Source: Cyanobacteria bacterium P01_A01_bin.123 (GTDB taxonomy: Bacteria; Cyanobacteriota; Cyanobacteriia; Phormidesmidales; Phormidesmidaceae). From it: 64,000 bases of DNA. The notes beneath the pieces were generated by a model. That model was not told where the DNA came from, ran no database searches, and worked only from the letters and a program-made list of their open reading frames with translations. Location: the NCBI GenBank assembly GCA_039815185.1, contig JBCBZT010000016.1, positions 64,001-128,000 of the forward strand, given 5' to 3'. The translations under genes and the position numbers were made by a program. Positions 41,495-53,202 of this stretch are shown one piece after another. Every line of letters starts with the position of its first letter. Position 1 is the stretch's first letter.

Positions 41495-41773
41495 ATGTCT
41501 CGTTCATTAAAAAAAGGTCCTTTTGTTGCGGATCACCTACTCAAAAAAGTAGAGGTTTTGAACTCGAAGAATGAGAAACAAGTTATCAAGACTTGGTCTC
41601 GAGCTTCAACTATTCTGCCTCAAATGATTGGACACACCATTGCAGTACACAACGGGCGGCAACATGTACCTGTGTTCATCTCTGAACAGATGGTTGGGCA
41701 TAAGTTGGGGGAGTTCGCGCCAACGCGAACCTTCCGAGGACACGCTAAAAGCGATAAGAAGGCACGCCGTTAA
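41495..41773 (+). CDS. rpsS: 30S ribosomal protein S19
   Basis: [19 protein letters not shown]. Confidence 0.97.
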   Translation: MSRSLKKGPFVADHLLKKVEVLNSKNEKQVIKTWSRASTILPQMIGHTIAVHNGRQHVPVFISEQMVGHKLGEFAPTRTFRGHAKSDKKARR

Positions 41774-41793
41774 GGGCAGTTAGGGAGAGAACA

Positions 41794-42156
41794 ATGGCTG
41801 TTGACACAACCACACAGATAAAAGCGATTGCTCGCTATATTCGTATGTCCCCCCATAAGGTGCGCCGGGTGCTGGATCAGATTCGGGGATTGTCATACCG
41901 CGAAGCTTTGATCATCTTAGAGTTCATGCCCTATCGTGCTTGTGAGCCTGTGCTCAAGGTCTTGCGTTCTGCTGTAGCAAATGCAGAGCATAACGAGGGT
42001 TTGGATCCGTCAACGTTAGTGATTAGCGAAGCCTTCGCAGATCAGGGGCCAACGCTTAAACGTTATCGGCCGAGAGCTCAAGGCCGTGCTTATCAAATTC
42101 GTAAGCCTACGTGTCATATCACTATTGCAGTGGCTGAGTCTAGCGCAGACGCATAA
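41794..42156 (+). CDS. rplV: 50S ribosomal protein L22
   Basis: [17 protein letters not shown]. Confidence 0.97.
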   Translation: MAVDTTTQIKAIARYIRMSPHKVRRVLDQIRGLSYREALIILEFMPYRACEPVLKVLRSAVANAEHNEGLDPSTLVISEAFADQGPTLKRYRPRAQGRAYQIRKPTCHITIAVAESSADA

Positions 42157-42219
42157 GTTGCTATTTCAATCCAGTAAGATTCGTTTTAGTTCGCCGATAA
42201 TCGCAGAGGGAAAAGATTC

Positions 42220-42951
42220 GTGGGACAGAAGATTCATCCAATTGGCTTTCGTTTAGGGGTGATTCAAGAGCACCGTTCTCGTTGGTATGCCGATAGCAAT
42301 CGGTATCCTGAGTTGCTTCAAGAAGACTATGTGATCCGCCAGTATGTGGAGAAAAACTTGAGCAATGCCGGGATCTCTGAGGTGCGTATTGAACGCAAGG
42401 CCGAGCAGATTGATCTTGAAGTCCGTACGGCTCGTCCTGGGGTTGTCGTCGGACGAGGCGGTAGTGGCATCGAGGCGTTGAGAGCAGGGTTGCAAAAAGA
42501 GCTGAAGGATAATAATCGTCAGATTCGCATCAATGTGGTTGAAGTAGCGCGAGTCGATGCTGATGCGGCACTGGTGTGTGAGTATATCGTGCAGCAGCTA
42601 GAACGCCGGGTTTCGTTCCGGCGGGTTGTGCGTCAGGCAATTCAGCGCGCTCAACGGGCGGGTGTTGAAGGGATCAAGATTCAGGTTAGTGGCCGCTTGA
42701 ATGGAGCTGAAATCGCTCGGACTGAGTGGACTCGGGAAGGGCGAGTGCCGCTTCATACTCTGAGGGCAGATGTTGACTATTCTTACCGCACGGCTCAGAC
42801 CATTTACGGCATTTTAGGCATTAAGGTTTGGATCTTCAAAGGGGAAGTTATTCCTGGGCAAGAAGAGCCCGTAAGCAGCACTAATGCCCAGCCTCGACGT
42901 CGCCAACAGCGCCGCCGTCAGCAGTTTGAGGATCGATCCAACGAAGGGTAA
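42220..42951 (+). CDS. rpsC: 30S ribosomal protein S3
   Basis: [22 protein letters not shown]. Confidence 0.97.
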   Translation: MGQKIHPIGFRLGVIQEHRSRWYADSNRYPELLQEDYVIRQYVEKNLSNAGISEVRIERKAEQIDLEVRTARPGVVVGRGGSGIEALRAGLQKELKDNNRQIRINVVEVARVDADAALVCEYIVQQLERRVSFRRVVRQAIQRAQRAGVEGIKIQVSGRLNGAEIARTEWTREGRVPLHTLRADVDYSYRTAQTIYGILGIKVWIFKGEVIPGQEEPVSSTNAQPRRRQQRRRQQFEDRSNEG

Positions 42952-43019
42952 ATGTTTTTTATCACCGCTTTTCCTGGTGTATGCGCTAGTAAATCTTTGA
43001 ATCAAATTGTTGACTCGTT

Positions 43020-43439
43020 ATGTTAAGTCCCAGAAGAACTAAATTTCGCAAGCAGCATCGCGGTCGCATGCGGGGGATGGCTACCCGTGGTAATACCCTT
43101 AACTTTGGTGAATTTGCACTGCAAGCAACCGAGCCCTCCTGGTTAACTTCTCGCCAAATTGAAGCAGCCCGACGGGCAATGACACGTTATGTCAGGCGGG
43201 GTGGGAAAATCTGGATTCGAGTTTTCCCTGATAAACCTGTGACGATGCGTCCTGCTGAAACTCGGATGGGGTCAGGTAAGGGAAATCCCGAATTTTGGGT
43301 GGCGGTCGTCAAGCCCGGCAGAATTTTATTCGAAATTTCGGGCGTCCCTGAAGAAACAGCTCGAGAAGCAATGCGATTAGCATCCTTCAAGCTGCCTTTC
43401 AAAACCAAGTTTGTTGCGCGGGATACGAAGGACTCATAG
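43020..43439 (+). CDS. rplP: 50S ribosomal protein L16
   Basis: [14 protein letters not shown]. Confidence 0.97.
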   Translation: MLSPRRTKFRKQHRGRMRGMATRGNTLNFGEFALQATEPSWLTSRQIEAARRAMTRYVRRGGKIWIRVFPDKPVTMRPAETRMGSGKGNPEFWVAVVKPGRILFEISGVPEETAREAMRLASFKLPFKTKFVARDTKDS

Positions 43440-43441
43440 CG

Positions 43442-43705
43442 ATGGCACTACCTAAGATTCAAGATATTCGACAGCTTGGCGATCAAGAACTTGTTGATGA
43501 GATCGTCAAAGTTAAGAAGGAGTTGTTTGACCTCCGGTTTCGTAAGGCAACCCGTCAATTAGATAACGGGTTTCATCAGTTCAAGCATGGGCAGCATCGA
43601 ATAGCCCAGTTGAAAACTGTACTGCGGGAGCGGCAGTTGTCTCAAACCCTTGAGGCTCCTAAGTCTACAGTTGCCCCATCAGAACCCACATCGACAGAGG
43701 ACTAG
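43442..43705 (+). CDS. rpmC: 50S ribosomal protein L29
   Basis: KKELFDLRF...[11 protein letters not shown]; operon position. Confidence 0.93.
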   Translation: MALPKIQDIRQLGDQELVDEIVKVKKELFDLRFRKATRQLDNGFHQFKHGQHRIAQLKTVLRERQLSQTLEAPKSTVAPSEPTSTED

Positions 43706-43715
43706 GAGTAAGGTA

Positions 43716-43967
43716 ATGGCGGTTAAAGAAAGGGTCGGCTTGGTTGTGAGCGACAAAATGGATAAGACCGTGGTGGTTACGGTTGAAAGTCGGATTCCTC
43801 ACCCTAAGTATCAAAAAATCATGGTGTGCACTCACCGCTATAAAGTGCATGACCAAGAGAATCAGTGTCAAGTTGGCGATCGTGTCCGGATTCGAGAAAC
43901 TCGTCCAATAAGCCGCACTAAGCGGTGGGCGGTGACCGACATCGTAAGTCGTGCGGCTGGCGTCTAG
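43716..43967 (+). CDS. rpsQ: 30S ribosomal protein S17
   Basis: [25 protein letters not shown] 43716. Confidence 0.96.
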   Translation: MAVKERVGLVVSDKMDKTVVVTVESRIPHPKYQKIMVCTHRYKVHDQENQCQVGDRVRIRETRPISRTKRWAVTDIVSRAAGV

Positions 43968-44001
43968 GGATAGAGATAGCTAAGGAAGGGGGCGGTGAGC
44001 C

Positions 44002-44367
44002 ATGATTCAACAAGAGTCTTATTTAGATGTAGCTGACAACAGTGGTGCCCGTAAGCTCATGTGTATCCGTGTACTGGGGGGAAATCGTCGCTATGCGGGT
44101 GTGGGTGATGTCATTATTGCGGTGGTTAAAGATGCCATTCCCAATATGGGTGTCAAAAAGTCTGACGTGGTACGGGCGGTCGTCGTCCGGACTCGTAAAG
44201 GCCTACGTCGCAGTAGTGGCATGAGTATTCGGTTTGACGATAACGCTGCTGTGATTATCAATCCAGAGGGTAATCCCAGAGGGACTCGAGTGTTTGGTCC
44301 TGTTGCTCGTGAGCTACGAGAAAAGAACTTCACAAAGATTGTGTCGCTAGCACCGGAGGTTCTATAG
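44002..44367 (+). CDS. rplN: 50S ribosomal protein L14
   Basis: [18 protein letters not shown]. Confidence 0.97.
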   Translation: MIQQESYLDVADNSGARKLMCIRVLGGNRRYAGVGDVIIAVVKDAIPNMGVKKSDVVRAVVVRTRKGLRRSSGMSIRFDDNAAVIINPEGNPRGTRVFGPVARELREKNFTKIVSLAPEVL

Positions 44368-44369
44368 GG

Positions 44370-44720
44370 ATGGCAACGAAAGCAAAAGCACATCAAAAAC
44401 ATCAGAAAATGCATGTGAAGAAGGGCGATACCGTTCAGGTAATCACCGGTAGCGACAAGGGTAAGGTTGGTGAGGTGTTGTCGGTTAGCCCTAAGCACAG
44501 CAAGGTCATTGTCGAGGGTGTCAACATCCGTACCAAACACGTTAAACCCCAGCAAGAAGGAGAATCGGGCCAAATTGTGACCTCAGAGGCACCGATTCAT
44601 AGTTCCAACGTCATGCTTTACTCCGAAAAAGAGAAGGTCGTGAGCCGAGTTTGCTACACCTTTACCGAAGAAGGACGTAAAGTTCGCATGTTGAAGAAGA
44701 CAGGTGAGGTCATTGATTAA
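44370..44720 (+). CDS. rplX: 50S ribosomal protein L24
   Basis: [27 protein letters not shown]. Confidence 0.97.
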   Translation: MATKAKAHQKHQKMHVKKGDTVQVITGSDKGKVGEVLSVSPKHSKVIVEGVNIRTKHVKPQQEGESGQIVTSEAPIHSSNVMLYSEKEKVVSRVCYTFTEEGRKVRMLKKTGEVID

Positions 44721-44795
44721 AGTCGGTTTCCCAATCTACATTTTGCTGTCTATCTCCCTGACCCAGCCCAGGGAAAAGCTCAAGGACTAAGGATT

Positions 44796-45341
44796 ATGGC
44801 AGAACAGCTCAAGTCGTTTTATTACGAAAAAGTCGTCCCTAAGTTGATGGAGGAATTTAAGTACTCCAACATCCACCAAGTGCCCAAACTAGTCAAAGTG
44901 ACTGTTAATCGGGGACTGGGGGAAGCCCACCAAAATACGAAAGCTCTGGAGTCTTCCGTTAGTGAAATTGCCATGATCACAGGACAAAAACCTGTGGTGA
45001 CTCGAGCAAAGCGCGCGATCGCGGGTTTCAAAATCCGCCAAGGGATGCCTGTTGGGGTGATGGTAACCCTACGAGCTGAGCGCATGTATGCCTTCCTCAA
45101 CCGTTTGATTAATCTAACCCTACCTCGAATTCGAGACTTCAGAGGGGTAAGTGCGAAAAGCTTTGACGGTCGGGGTAACTATACCTTGGGCTTGAAAGAA
45201 CAGCTAATCTTTCCTGAGATTAGCTATGACGCTATCGATCAAATTCGCGGCATGGATATTTCCATTGTGACAACTGCGAATACTGATGAAGAAGGGCGGG
45301 CTTTGTTAAAAGCGATGGGAATGCCATTCCGGGAAAACTGA
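44796..45341 (+). CDS. rplE: 50S ribosomal protein L5
   Basis: [22 protein letters not shown]. Confidence 0.97.
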   Translation: MAEQLKSFYYEKVVPKLMEEFKYSNIHQVPKLVKVTVNRGLGEAHQNTKALESSVSEIAMITGQKPVVTRAKRAIAGFKIRQGMPVGVMVTLRAERMYAFLNRLINLTLPRIRDFRGVSAKSFDGRGNYTLGLKEQLIFPEISYDAIDQIRGMDISIVTTANTDEEGRALLKAMGMPFREN

Positions 45342-45367
45342 GTCAGATTTAGAGAATAGAGAGAACT

Positions 45368-45769
45368 ATGGCGGCTAATGACACAATTGCGGATATGCTG
45401 ACGCGCATTCGAAACGCAACCCTGGCGCGACACAAGACAGTTGATATTCCCTCCACAAAAATGACACGCAGCATCGCTCATGTACTGCGGGAAGAGGGAT
45501 TTATTACTGACTTTTCTGATTCTGGCGAGGGGATCAAGCGTCATCTTGTTGTCTCCCTGAAATATCGGGGCAAGACTCGCGAACCTATTATCAAAAATTT
45601 GACGCGAGTCAGCAAACCGGGCTTGCGGGTTTACTCAAATCGCAAAGAATTGCCTCGGGTATTGGGTGGTATTGGCATTGCTATTATCTCAACATCAAGC
45701 GGCATCATGACCGACCGCGATGCCCGTCGCCAAGGCATTGGTGGAGAAATTCTCTGCTACGTTTGGTAA
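45368..45769 (+). CDS. rpsH: 30S ribosomal protein S8
   Basis: [21 protein letters not shown]. Confidence 0.97.
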   Translation: MAANDTIADMLTRIRNATLARHKTVDIPSTKMTRSIAHVLREEGFITDFSDSGEGIKRHLVVSLKYRGKTREPIIKNLTRVSKPGLRVYSNRKELPRVLGGIGIAIISTSSGIMTDRDARRQGIGGEILCYVW

Positions 45770-45839
45770 ACCCTGACGAGCGAGCAGTTCCCTGACTGCC
45801 TCGTTAGCTGTTCTGTTCAGTAGGAGTCACAAGGTTATC

Positions 45840-46379
45840 ATGTCTCGGATTGGTAAACGCCCGGTTCCCATACCCTCTAAGGTTACGGTTACCCTAGATG
45901 GGCAACATGTCATTGTTAAGGGTCCCAAAGGAGAGCTATCTCGTACCCTCCCTTCAGGGGTGTTGATTAGTCAAGAAGGTGAAACCTTGGTGGTTGAACG
46001 GGAAAATGAGTCCCGTCAATCCAGGGAGCGTCACGGGCTTTGTCGTACGTTACTAGCCAATATGGTTGAAGGGGTATCCCAGGGGTTTCAAAAGCGGCTT
46101 GAAATTCAGGGCGTTGGCTATCGAGCTCAGGTTCAAGGACGGACTTTGAATTTAAGTTTGGGCTACAGTCACCCCGTACAGTTTGATCCGCCAGAGGGCA
46201 TTCAGTTTGCGGTTGAAAACAATACCAATGTGGTAATTAGCGGTATCGATAAAGAAGTCGTGGGTAATATTGCGGCAAGTATTCGGGCTACGCGTCCCCC
46301 AGAACCTTATAAGGGCAAAGGTGTACGCTACGCCGGTGAAATGGTTAGACGCAAAGCTGGCAAGGCAGGGAAGAAGTAA
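45840..46379 (+). CDS. rplF: 50S ribosomal protein L6
   Basis: [14 protein letters not shown]. Confidence 0.97.
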   Translation: MSRIGKRPVPIPSKVTVTLDGQHVIVKGPKGELSRTLPSGVLISQEGETLVVERENESRQSRERHGLCRTLLANMVEGVSQGFQKRLEIQGVGYRAQVQGRTLNLSLGYSHPVQFDPPEGIQFAVENNTNVVISGIDKEVVGNIAASIRATRPPEPYKGKGVRYAGEMVRRKAGKAGKK

Positions 46380-46382
46380 ACC

Positions 46383-46748
46383 ATGAAATCAACACGTAAG
46401 TTGCAAACCCGCCGTCGTCACGCTCGGATCCGGCGTAAGGTTAAAGGCTCCACCGAACGACCTCGGTTAGCGGTATTTCGCTCTAATACGCACATCTATG
46501 CTCAGGTAATTGATGATCTGACGCATCATACGTTGCTGTCTGCTTCTACCCTAGATGCAGAGTTTAAGGCAAGTGGTCAGGATAATACGGCTACTATGGA
46601 AGCTGCGGCTCAAGTCGGTAAGCTTTTAGCGGAGAAAGCCCTGAAACAAGGTATCCAACAAGTCGTTTTTGACCGGGGTGGTAATTTGTATCACGGTCGT
46701 GTGGCTGCCTTAGCTGAGGCAGCCCGGGAAGCAGGACTAGAATTTTAA
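46383..46748 (+). CDS. rplR: 50S ribosomal protein L18
   Basis: [21 protein letters not shown]. Confidence 0.97.
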   Translation: MKSTRKLQTRRRHARIRRKVKGSTERPRLAVFRSNTHIYAQVIDDLTHHTLLSASTLDAEFKASGQDNTATMEAAAQVGKLLAEKALKQGIQQVVFDRGGNLYHGRVAALAEAAREAGLEF

Positions 46749-46806
46749 GGCCTCCAGGATTGTGATTTTGGGTAGGCAGATAACATGGTAAGTAAGTGAC
46801 AATGCT

Positions 46807-47328
46807 ATGGCAAATCGTCGTAAAAACAACAAAGCTAAAGAGAAGGAATCTGATTGGCAAGAGCGGGTTGTCCAGATTCGCCGGGTTACCAAGGTGGTTA
46901 AAGGGGGTAAGAAGCTGAGCTTCCGAGCCATTGTGGTAGTTGGCAATGAAAAAGGCCAGGTCGGTGTGGGTGTGGGTAAAGCCAGCGATGTCATTGGTGC
47001 TGTCAAAAAGGGCGTCGCCGACGGTAAGAAGCACTTAGTAGAAGTGCCTTTAACTAAGGCAAATTCTATTCCCCATCCGGTCAATGGTATTGGAGGTGGG
47101 GCAAAGGTGATGATGCGCCCAGCTGCGCCTGGTACTGGGGTAATTGCCGGGGGGGCGGTTCGCACTGTATTGGAATTAGCTGGGGTGCAAAATATTCTGG
47201 CTAAACAGTTAGGATCGAACAATCCGTTGAATAATGCCCGAGCGGCAGCTAATGCCTTAGCTTCCTTGCGAACCTTTGCTGAGGTTGCTGAAGAGCGTGG
47301 CGTTTCCATTGAGAAACTCTACGTCTAA
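46807..47328 (+). CDS. rpsE: 30S ribosomal protein S5
   Basis: [18 protein letters not shown]. Confidence 0.97.
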   Translation: MANRRKNNKAKEKESDWQERVVQIRRVTKVVKGGKKLSFRAIVVVGNEKGQVGVGVGKASDVIGAVKKGVADGKKHLVEVPLTKANSIPHPVNGIGGGAKVMMRPAAPGTGVIAGGAVRTVLELAGVQNILAKQLGSNNPLNNARAAANALASLRTFAEVAEERGVSIEKLYV

Positions 47329-47360
47329 TCTGTCTAAGTTAGATTAACCAATAACGTGCT

Positions 47361-47807
47361 ATGAGACTTCAAGACGCTCAACCAAAAGCTGGTTCAAAAA
47401 AACGTCGTCGCCGGGTTGGCCGGGGAATTTCCGCAGGGCAGGGAGCCAGCTGCGGTTTTGGCATGCGGGGTCAAAAATCTCGTTCCGGTCACAGTACCCG
47501 TCCTGGCTTTGAAGGGGGTCAGCTACCGCTGTACCGTCGGATCCCTAAGTTGAAGCATTTTCCATTGGTAAATCAAAAGCATTACACCGTCGTTAACGTA
47601 AGTGCTTTGAATGGCTTAACTGCTAAAACTGAGGTTACCCTATCCTCCCTAATGGAGATAGGTATTATTACGACTAACGATGGCCCGCTTAAAATTTTGG
47701 GGGATGGGGAACTTTCCGTAGCGTTGACAGTTAAAGCGGCAGCAGCTACTCAGTCTGCTAAGGCTAAGATTGAAGCTGCGGGGGGTAGTTTTGAGATTGT
47801 GGTGTAA
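47361..47807 (+). CDS. rplO: 50S ribosomal protein L15
   Basis: [17 protein letters not shown]. Confidence 0.97.
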   Translation: MRLQDAQPKAGSKKRRRRVGRGISAGQGASCGFGMRGQKSRSGHSTRPGFEGGQLPLYRRIPKLKHFPLVNQKHYTVVNVSALNGLTAKTEVTLSSLMEIGIITTNDGPLKILGDGELSVALTVKAAAATQSAKAKIEAAGGSFEIVV

Positions 47808-47930
47808 TCAACTGCTTCACGGTTAGCGTTTACCCTCGCACCTTGAGTTGTTTGCTTGGCGCTACAAAAGATTGCTATACCTAGGTTAGATATTGCCAAC
47901 CCAGGTTCAACACAGTAGGACGTACAGGAT

Positions 47931-49247
47931 ATGGTTGTTAATCGAGGTAAAGCACCCAGTGCACAGGAAACGTTTATGCAAATGGCGCAGGCCGCCGGAT
48001 TGCGTAGCCGTCTTCTGGTCACGGTTGGGTTGTTGGTGCTGGTTAGGCTGGGGGTATTCATTCCTGTACCTGGCATTGATCGGGCTGCATTCACAAGCTA
48101 CCTCCAAACTAACAGTATGGGTGGCGTCCTGGGATTCGTAGATATTTTTGTAGGGGGTGGCCTCTCCGCTCTGGGAATTTTCGCTCTGGGAATCTTACCC
48201 TTTATCAACGCTTCAATTATTTTGCAATTGCTCACAGCAGCACTCCCTGCATTGGAAGATTTGCAGAAGAACGAGGGTGAAGCAGGTCGTCGTAAGCTAT
48301 CTCAAATTACCCGCTATGTTGCTCTAGGTTGGGCAATCTTACAAAGCACCCTACTCTCTAGCTTCTTGCTAATGCAGTTTGCTGAAACCCCAGGCCCTGC
48401 ATTTGTAGTGGAGACCGTTTTGGCGCTTACTGCTGGATCTATGTTTGTCATGTGGGTTGGTGAGTTGATCACTGAAAGGGGAGTTGGTAATGGTGCATCG
48501 TTGCTGATCTTCCTTAACATTGTTTCGACTCTACCGCGATCGCTGGGCCAAACCATTGAGCTGGCTCAAACCAGTGATAATCGTGGCGTAGTTGGTGGCG
48601 TGGTAATTTTGCTGCTGGTGTTTCTGGCCATGATTGTGGGTATTGTGTTTGTGCAAGAGGGCACCCGCCGCATTCCAATTATTTCTGCCCGTCGCCAGGT
48701 AGGCCGAAAGCTTTATCTTGAAAAGAGTAATTACTTGCCCTTGCGCCTCAATCAGGGTGGAGTCATGCCGATTATTTTTGCTTCGGCTGTGTTGGTGATT
48801 CCAATTTCTTTGACGCAGTATATTTCGAATCCCACGTTTGCTCAGTTTGTTAGCCGCTATTTTAGCCCGACGTCTTTACTTTATGTCGGTCTATACCTGG
48901 TGTTAATCCTGTTCTTTAGCTATTTCTATGCATCGCTGATTGTCAATCCTGAGGATATGTCTCGCAACTTGAAGAAGATGGGGGCTAGTATCCCAGGTAT
49001 TCGCCCTGGGAAGGCTACCAGTGAATATATTGGTAAGGTGCTCAATCGACTCACATTCATCGGTGCGATTTTCCTTGGGTTAGTGGCTGTCATTCCCAGT
49101 GCAGTTGAGAGTCTAACTCGAATCCAAACGTTTCGGGGTTTGGGGGCCACCTCGCTACTGATTTTGGTTGGCGTGGCAATTGACACAGCTAAGCAAATTC
49201 AAACTTACGTCATCTCTCAGAGATACGAAGGAATGGTGAAGCAATAG
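47931..49247 (+). CDS. secY: Preprotein translocase subunit SecY
   Basis: [37 protein letters not shown]. Confidence 0.97.
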   Translation: MVVNRGKAPSAQETFMQMAQAAGLRSRLLVTVGLLVLVRLGVFIPVPGIDRAAFTSYLQTNSMGGVLGFVDIFVGGGLSALGIFALGILPFINASIILQLLTAALPALEDLQKNEGEAGRRKLSQITRYVALGWAILQSTLLSSFLLMQFAETPGPAFVVETVLALTAGSMFVMWVGELITERGVGNGASLLIFLNIVSTLPRSLGQTIELAQTSDNRGVVGGVVILLLVFLAMIVGIVFVQEGTRRIPIISARRQVGRKLYLEKSNYLPLRLNQGGVMPIIFASAVLVIPISLTQYISNPTFAQFVSRYFSPTSLLYVGLYLVLILFFSYFYASLIVNPEDMSRNLKKMGASIPGIRPGKATSEYIGKVLNRLTFIGAIFLGLVAVIPSAVESLTRIQTFRGLGATSLLILVGVAIDTAKQIQTYVISQRYEGMVKQ

Positions 49248-49801
49248 TGACTCGACTGATCTTTCTAGGCCCTCCTGGTGCAGGCAAAGGCACGCAAGCT
49301 ATGGTGTTATCTCAGGCTTGTCATGTGCCGCATATTTCAACTGGGGACATTTTGCGGGTAGCTGTAGCTGAGCAAACCAATCTGGGCAAGAAGGCTGCTT
49401 TCTACATGAATGCAGGTGAATTAGTGCCTGACGAATTGATTTTGGATTTGATTCGCGATCGCTTGGGTAAGTCAGACGCGGATTCGGGATGGATTTTAGA
49501 TGGCTTCCCGCGCAACGTCCCCCAGGCCACTTTCTTAGACACTTTGCTTGAGGACATCCAACAGCCGTGCGAGTTTGTGGTAAACCTTGATGTGCCAGAT
49601 GAGGTTTTGGTGGCCCGTCTATTGAGCCGGGGGCGCGCTGATGACAATGAGTCAGTGATTCGTAACCGATTGGAAGTATATCGCAATCAAACGGAACCGC
49701 TCATCGATTTTTACCGCGATCGGCAGCAGCTTGTTTCGGTAGATGGTAACCAACCAGTGGAATCAGTTACTGATGAGCTCAAAGCGTTGGTAAATGGGTA
49801 G
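49247..49801 (+). CDS. adk: Adenylate kinase
   Basis: [22 protein letters not shown]. Confidence 0.97.
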   Translation: MTRLIFLGPPGAGKGTQAMVLSQACHVPHISTGDILRVAVAEQTNLGKKAAFYMNAGELVPDELILDLIRDRLGKSDADSGWILDGFPRNVPQATFLDTLLEDIQQPCEFVVNLDVPDEVLVARLLSRGRADDNESVIRNRLEVYRNQTEPLIDFYRDRQQLVSVDGNQPVESVTDELKALVNG

Positions 49802-49939
49802 AATTTTTGCTGAAGAAATGACCCATCAATTGCAGGTCGGGTTAATTTACGGATTGCCTTGCCTAGAATCACTGGTTTATTGAGATAGCCTGGTTAGGCT
49901 GGCCTTGTTAAGCCGACTGTAGAGTTGAGGAATTGCTAA

Positions 49940-50164
49940 TTGTCTAAGCAAGATTTGATTGAAATGGAAGGGACAGTCACAGAATCCCTCCCAAATGCGA
50001 TGTTCCGGGTTGACCTGGATAATGGATTTAATGTGTTGGCCCATATTTCTGGTAAGATACGCCGGAACTACATCAAAATTCTCCCTGGCGATCGCGTTAA
50101 GGTAGAACTTACCCCCTATGATTTAACCAAGGGACGAATTACTTATCGTCTTCGGAAGAAGTAA
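49940..50164 (+). CDS. infA: Translation initiation factor IF-1
   Basis: [26 protein letters not shown] start with GAGG RBS. Confidence 0.97.
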
Positions 50165-50210
50165 ACCTTGCCTATGCTCAGCATTTGGTAAAGCTTAACT
50201 TTTTAATTGT

Positions 50211-51263
50211 TCAACTATCGTCAACAATGGAATCTAGCAGTAGCCCTGCACCGTATCTAACTACGTCGGTGCAGGGCAATTTTGTGGTAGCTATGACTTC
50301 TGCAATCGCGGCTTGAGCGGCAGGTTCACCGAGATGGGCGGTATTGAGTGCAATCCCTGCAATTTTAGGTGCAGCAAAGGTACCGCCTGCGGCGGCAACG
50401 GTTTCATAAACTTGAATTACCTCTGGTAATGGCGGAATGGTGAAGTTTGTAAAGTGCTGAATCTGACGTTGACCGGCCCGATGTACCAAAACCAGGTGGG
50501 TCGGTTGAGTGCCGCGCAGCAAAGGTAATGTGGCTGTGGAAGCAGGATTCATTAACGATCCCTGGCCTTCTACAAACAAGATGTCGTGCTCAGGCCCGTG
50601 ACGCATCATCAATTGCTCGATTGCACCTGCTGCAAAATCGACCCTTACAGCATCCAGGGCAACTCCGTCATCCCCCAGCATCAGCCCCGTTTGCCCCGTG
50701 GCGATCACCTTGGAACGAATCCCCCGCTGCTGACAGGCTTTATGGAGTTCTAAATTGGTGGACATTTTGCCAACGGCCATGTCTGTCCCAACGGCGAGAA
50801 CCCGACGGCAGGATAGCGATCGCGCTTGCCCCGATCCAACTGAAAGGTCAGAGGGCTCCTGGCGCACATCCCAAATCCACTGGTTGGACTTAAGCAACCT
50901 TGTTAGATCTGGATCTTGGCTCATCCGGGTGTGTAATCCGTTGACAATGCTTAATCCAGTAGCGACTGCATGCTTGATTTCTGCGTACCAAGCTGGGGGC
51001 AAGGTTCCCCCAGAAGGGGCAATACCAATAGCCAACACATCGGGGTTATAGGTCAGGGCAGCTTTAAAGGAAGGCACAATCGGAACCGAGCGTTGAATAC
51101 CCGTCAGTTCACTTAGGGAAGCATCGGGCGGGCATGATTGATCAATGAGGGCCACAATCGGGAGGGGGCTGTAACGCAGCATTGCTAATCCAGTTTTGCC
51201 CTTGGTACCAGTGATGCCGTCGTGCAGCAAAATAGCAATCCGGTTTTCTGCTGTCAGACGCAT
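50211..51263 (-). CDS. DUF1611 domain protein (P-loop; DgcN-like)
   Basis: GIAPSGG, NGLH, VGTDMAVGKM, ATGQTG, EGQGSL. Confidence 0.88.
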   Translation of the reverse strand: MRLTAENRIAILLHDGITGTKGKTGLAMLRYSPLPIVALIDQSCPPDASLSELTGIQRSVPIVPSFKAALTYNPDVLAIGIAPSGGTLPPAWYAEIKHAVATGLSIVNGLHTRMSQDPDLTRLLKSNQWIWDVRQEPSDLSVGSGQARSLSCRRVLAVGTDMAVGKMSTNLELHKACQQRGIRSKVIATGQTGLMLGDDGVALDAVRVDFAAGAIEQLMMRHGPEHDILFVEGQGSLMNPASTATLPLLRGTQPTHLVLVHRAGQRQIQHFTNFTIPPLPEVIQVYETVAAAGGTFAAPKIAGIALNTAHLGEPAAQAAIAEVIATTKLPCTDVVRYGAGLLLDSIVDDS

Positions 51264-51342
51264 GCTTGATTACTCCCTATGATGGATTGACCTAACGATG
51301 AACGCTTCCCGATAGTAAATCATCTCCAGGTGTAAGGTCTGC

Positions 51343-52389
51343 TTAGACGTGAGTTACTCCAAGCCCTGGCGAAGCGTTGGGCATTAAACATCCCGATGTC
51401 GTCAGCATTGCACCCTGGAACGGATCATCTTTGAGGTTGAGATGACTGTCAAGATCGAGGTGATCAGCTAGGGGTGATAGATGGGCAAGGGCTGTATTCA
51501 GCAAACTGCTGTCGGAATAACAGCCAAACATCACCTGTAATCCCCAGGCCCGAGCAGCGTGAATCATGCGTTGGGCTTCGGTCAATCCGCCAGACTTCAT
51601 CAACTTAATATTGATGCCGTGGATATAGGGCGCAAGGCGCGGGATGTCATGGCTGGTCCAGCAGCTTTCGTCAACAAAGATCGGTAGAGGCGATCGCGCA
51701 TGAAGCGCGGCAAACTCCGGTTCTGCCGTTGTAGGCAAAGGCTGTTCTATATAAACAACACCGCGTTCGGCTAACCAATCGGCCATGGTTAAAGCATCTG
51801 CTAAAATCCAGCCCCCGTTGGCATCAATGCTAATTTTGGTATTTGGCGGAATATGTGCCAACAGTGCTGTCATCATGGCTTGATCGGCCCGAATGCCATT
51901 TGGGCTTCCCAGCTTAACTTTGATTGATCGAGCTGGAACCTGTTGCAACCAAGCGACTAATCGGGCTACAGCAGCAGCTGGGGCACTAATGCCAATGGTG
52001 ACCGCAGTCGGGCTAATCGTATTTAAATCTAAGCCCCAAAGTTGCCATAGGGGCAGTTTGGTATGTTTGCCCAACCAATCGTGCAGGGCAATGTCGAGGG
52101 CGGCCCGGCCGGCTGAACCCAATCCCGATTCGTGCATCAACTTCTCAATCTTCTGCTGTTCTAGGGGATGGCATTGACGCAATTGAGGCGTGATAGCTTG
52201 TATTTCTGCTGCGATCGTGTTGCTTGTCTGTCCGCGCCCCCCCAATGAAAAGGGGGCTGCTTCTCCCCAGCCTTCAATGCCATCGGCTTGTATTCGCACC
52301 CAAAGGTTGGTTGATCCAGCACTGGTGCCCCGGCTAATAGTCAACGGGACGCGCTTGTGCACGGTAAACGGTTGGATAGAAACTTGCAT
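51343..52389 (-). CDS. Dipeptide epimerase / enolase-superfamily racemase (L-Ala-D/L-Glu epimerase, DgcA-like)
   Basis: GWGEA, KVKLG, DANGGW, EQP, DES, NIKLMKSGG, DLDS; start placed at ATG 52389. Confidence 0.88.
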   Translation of the reverse strand: MQVSIQPFTVHKRVPLTISRGTSAGSTNLWVRIQADGIEGWGEAAPFSLGGRGQTSNTIAAEIQAITPQLRQCHPLEQQKIEKLMHESGLGSAGRAALDIALHDWLGKHTKLPLWQLWGLDLNTISPTAVTIGISAPAAAVARLVAWLQQVPARSIKVKLGSPNGIRADQAMMTALLAHIPPNTKISIDANGGWILADALTMADWLAERGVVYIEQPLPTTAEPEFAALHARSPLPIFVDESCWTSHDIPRLAPYIHGINIKLMKSGGLTEAQRMIHAARAWGLQVMFGCYSDSSLLNTALAHLSPLADHLDLDSHLNLKDDPFQGAMLTTSGCLMPNASPGLGVTHV

Positions 52390-52608
52390 AGACTTAGCAA
52401 TAAGAGTGGCGCGTGACTCCCGCAATACGTTGCGGGGTTACAGGTCATATTGTTTCTTACCCAAAGGTGTTCCGCAATGCTAGATACCTTGGGCAATGGG
52501 CCAAAATCAAATAAAGTTCTGGGAAAGTAGCGCGAAGTTCTTTACAAAGAGGTACCTTGTTTCTGAGCATAGAAAAGATCTATGCCGCGCAATTAGGAGT
52601 AAATATCT

Positions 52609-53058
52609 GTGGAAAGAACATTTTTAATGATTAAACCCGATGGTGTCCAGCGGGGTTTGGTCGGAGAAATTATCCGTCGCTATGAGACCAAGGGCTTTAC
52701 CCTAGTTGGGTTGAAGTTGATGAGCGTCTCCCGAGAACTGGCCGAAAAGCACTACGATGTTCACCGTGAGCGGCCTTTTTTTGGTGGCTTGGTTGATTTC
52801 ATCACCTCTGGGCCTGTAGTGGCCATGGTGTGGGAAGGCGACGGTGTTGTCGCCTCTGCCCGCAAACTTATCGGTGCTACAAATCCCCTCTCGGCTGAAC
52901 CGGGCACTATTCGAGGTGATTATGGGGTTACCATTGGTCGCAACATTATCCACGGATCTGATGCCATTGAAACAGCCCGTGCAGAGATCGACCTGTGGTT
53001 CAGTGAAAATGAGCTTGCTGCTTGGGAGCCGACGATGAAGGGTTGGCTTTACGAGTGA
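52609..53058 (+). CDS. ndk: Nucleoside diphosphate kinase
   Basis: [22 protein letters not shown]. Confidence 0.97.
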   Translation: MERTFLMIKPDGVQRGLVGEIIRRYETKGFTLVGLKLMSVSRELAEKHYDVHRERPFFGGLVDFITSGPVVAMVWEGDGVVASARKLIGATNPLSAEPGTIRGDYGVTIGRNIIHGSDAIETARAEIDLWFSENELAAWEPTMKGWLYE

Positions 53059-53117
53059 TGGAGTGATGGGGAAGGTGGTGTGATGGAGTAATGGGGAAGG
53101 TGGGGAAGGTGGGATAG
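53055..53117 (+). repeat. Short tandem purine-rich 9-bp repeats (STRR-like)
   Basis: GTGATGGAGTGATGGGGAAGGTGGTGTGATGGAGTAATGGGGAAGGTGGGGAAGGTGGGA directly after ndk. Confidence 0.7.
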
Positions 53118-53202
53118 GCGTTGCCGAATGCGTCTCTACCTTCCCGAGTCGACTTCTAACGCCCCAAGCCTCACGCCCCTCCTTCAACAATCTTGAGGAC
53201 AG

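Noticed and set aside
38804..50164. Absence of rpsJ, rpsN, rpmD and rpsD from the ribosomal cluster
   Set aside because: Normal for cyanobacteria.
33640..50200. Inverted repeats at the proposed inversion junctions
   Set aside because: Only a weak CCAAA..TGAGCA resemblance between ~33645 and the reverse complement of ~50175; too short and mismatched to call.
53055..53117. Possible CRISPR array
   Set aside because: Units are 9 bp with no unique spacers, and there are no cas genes in the window.
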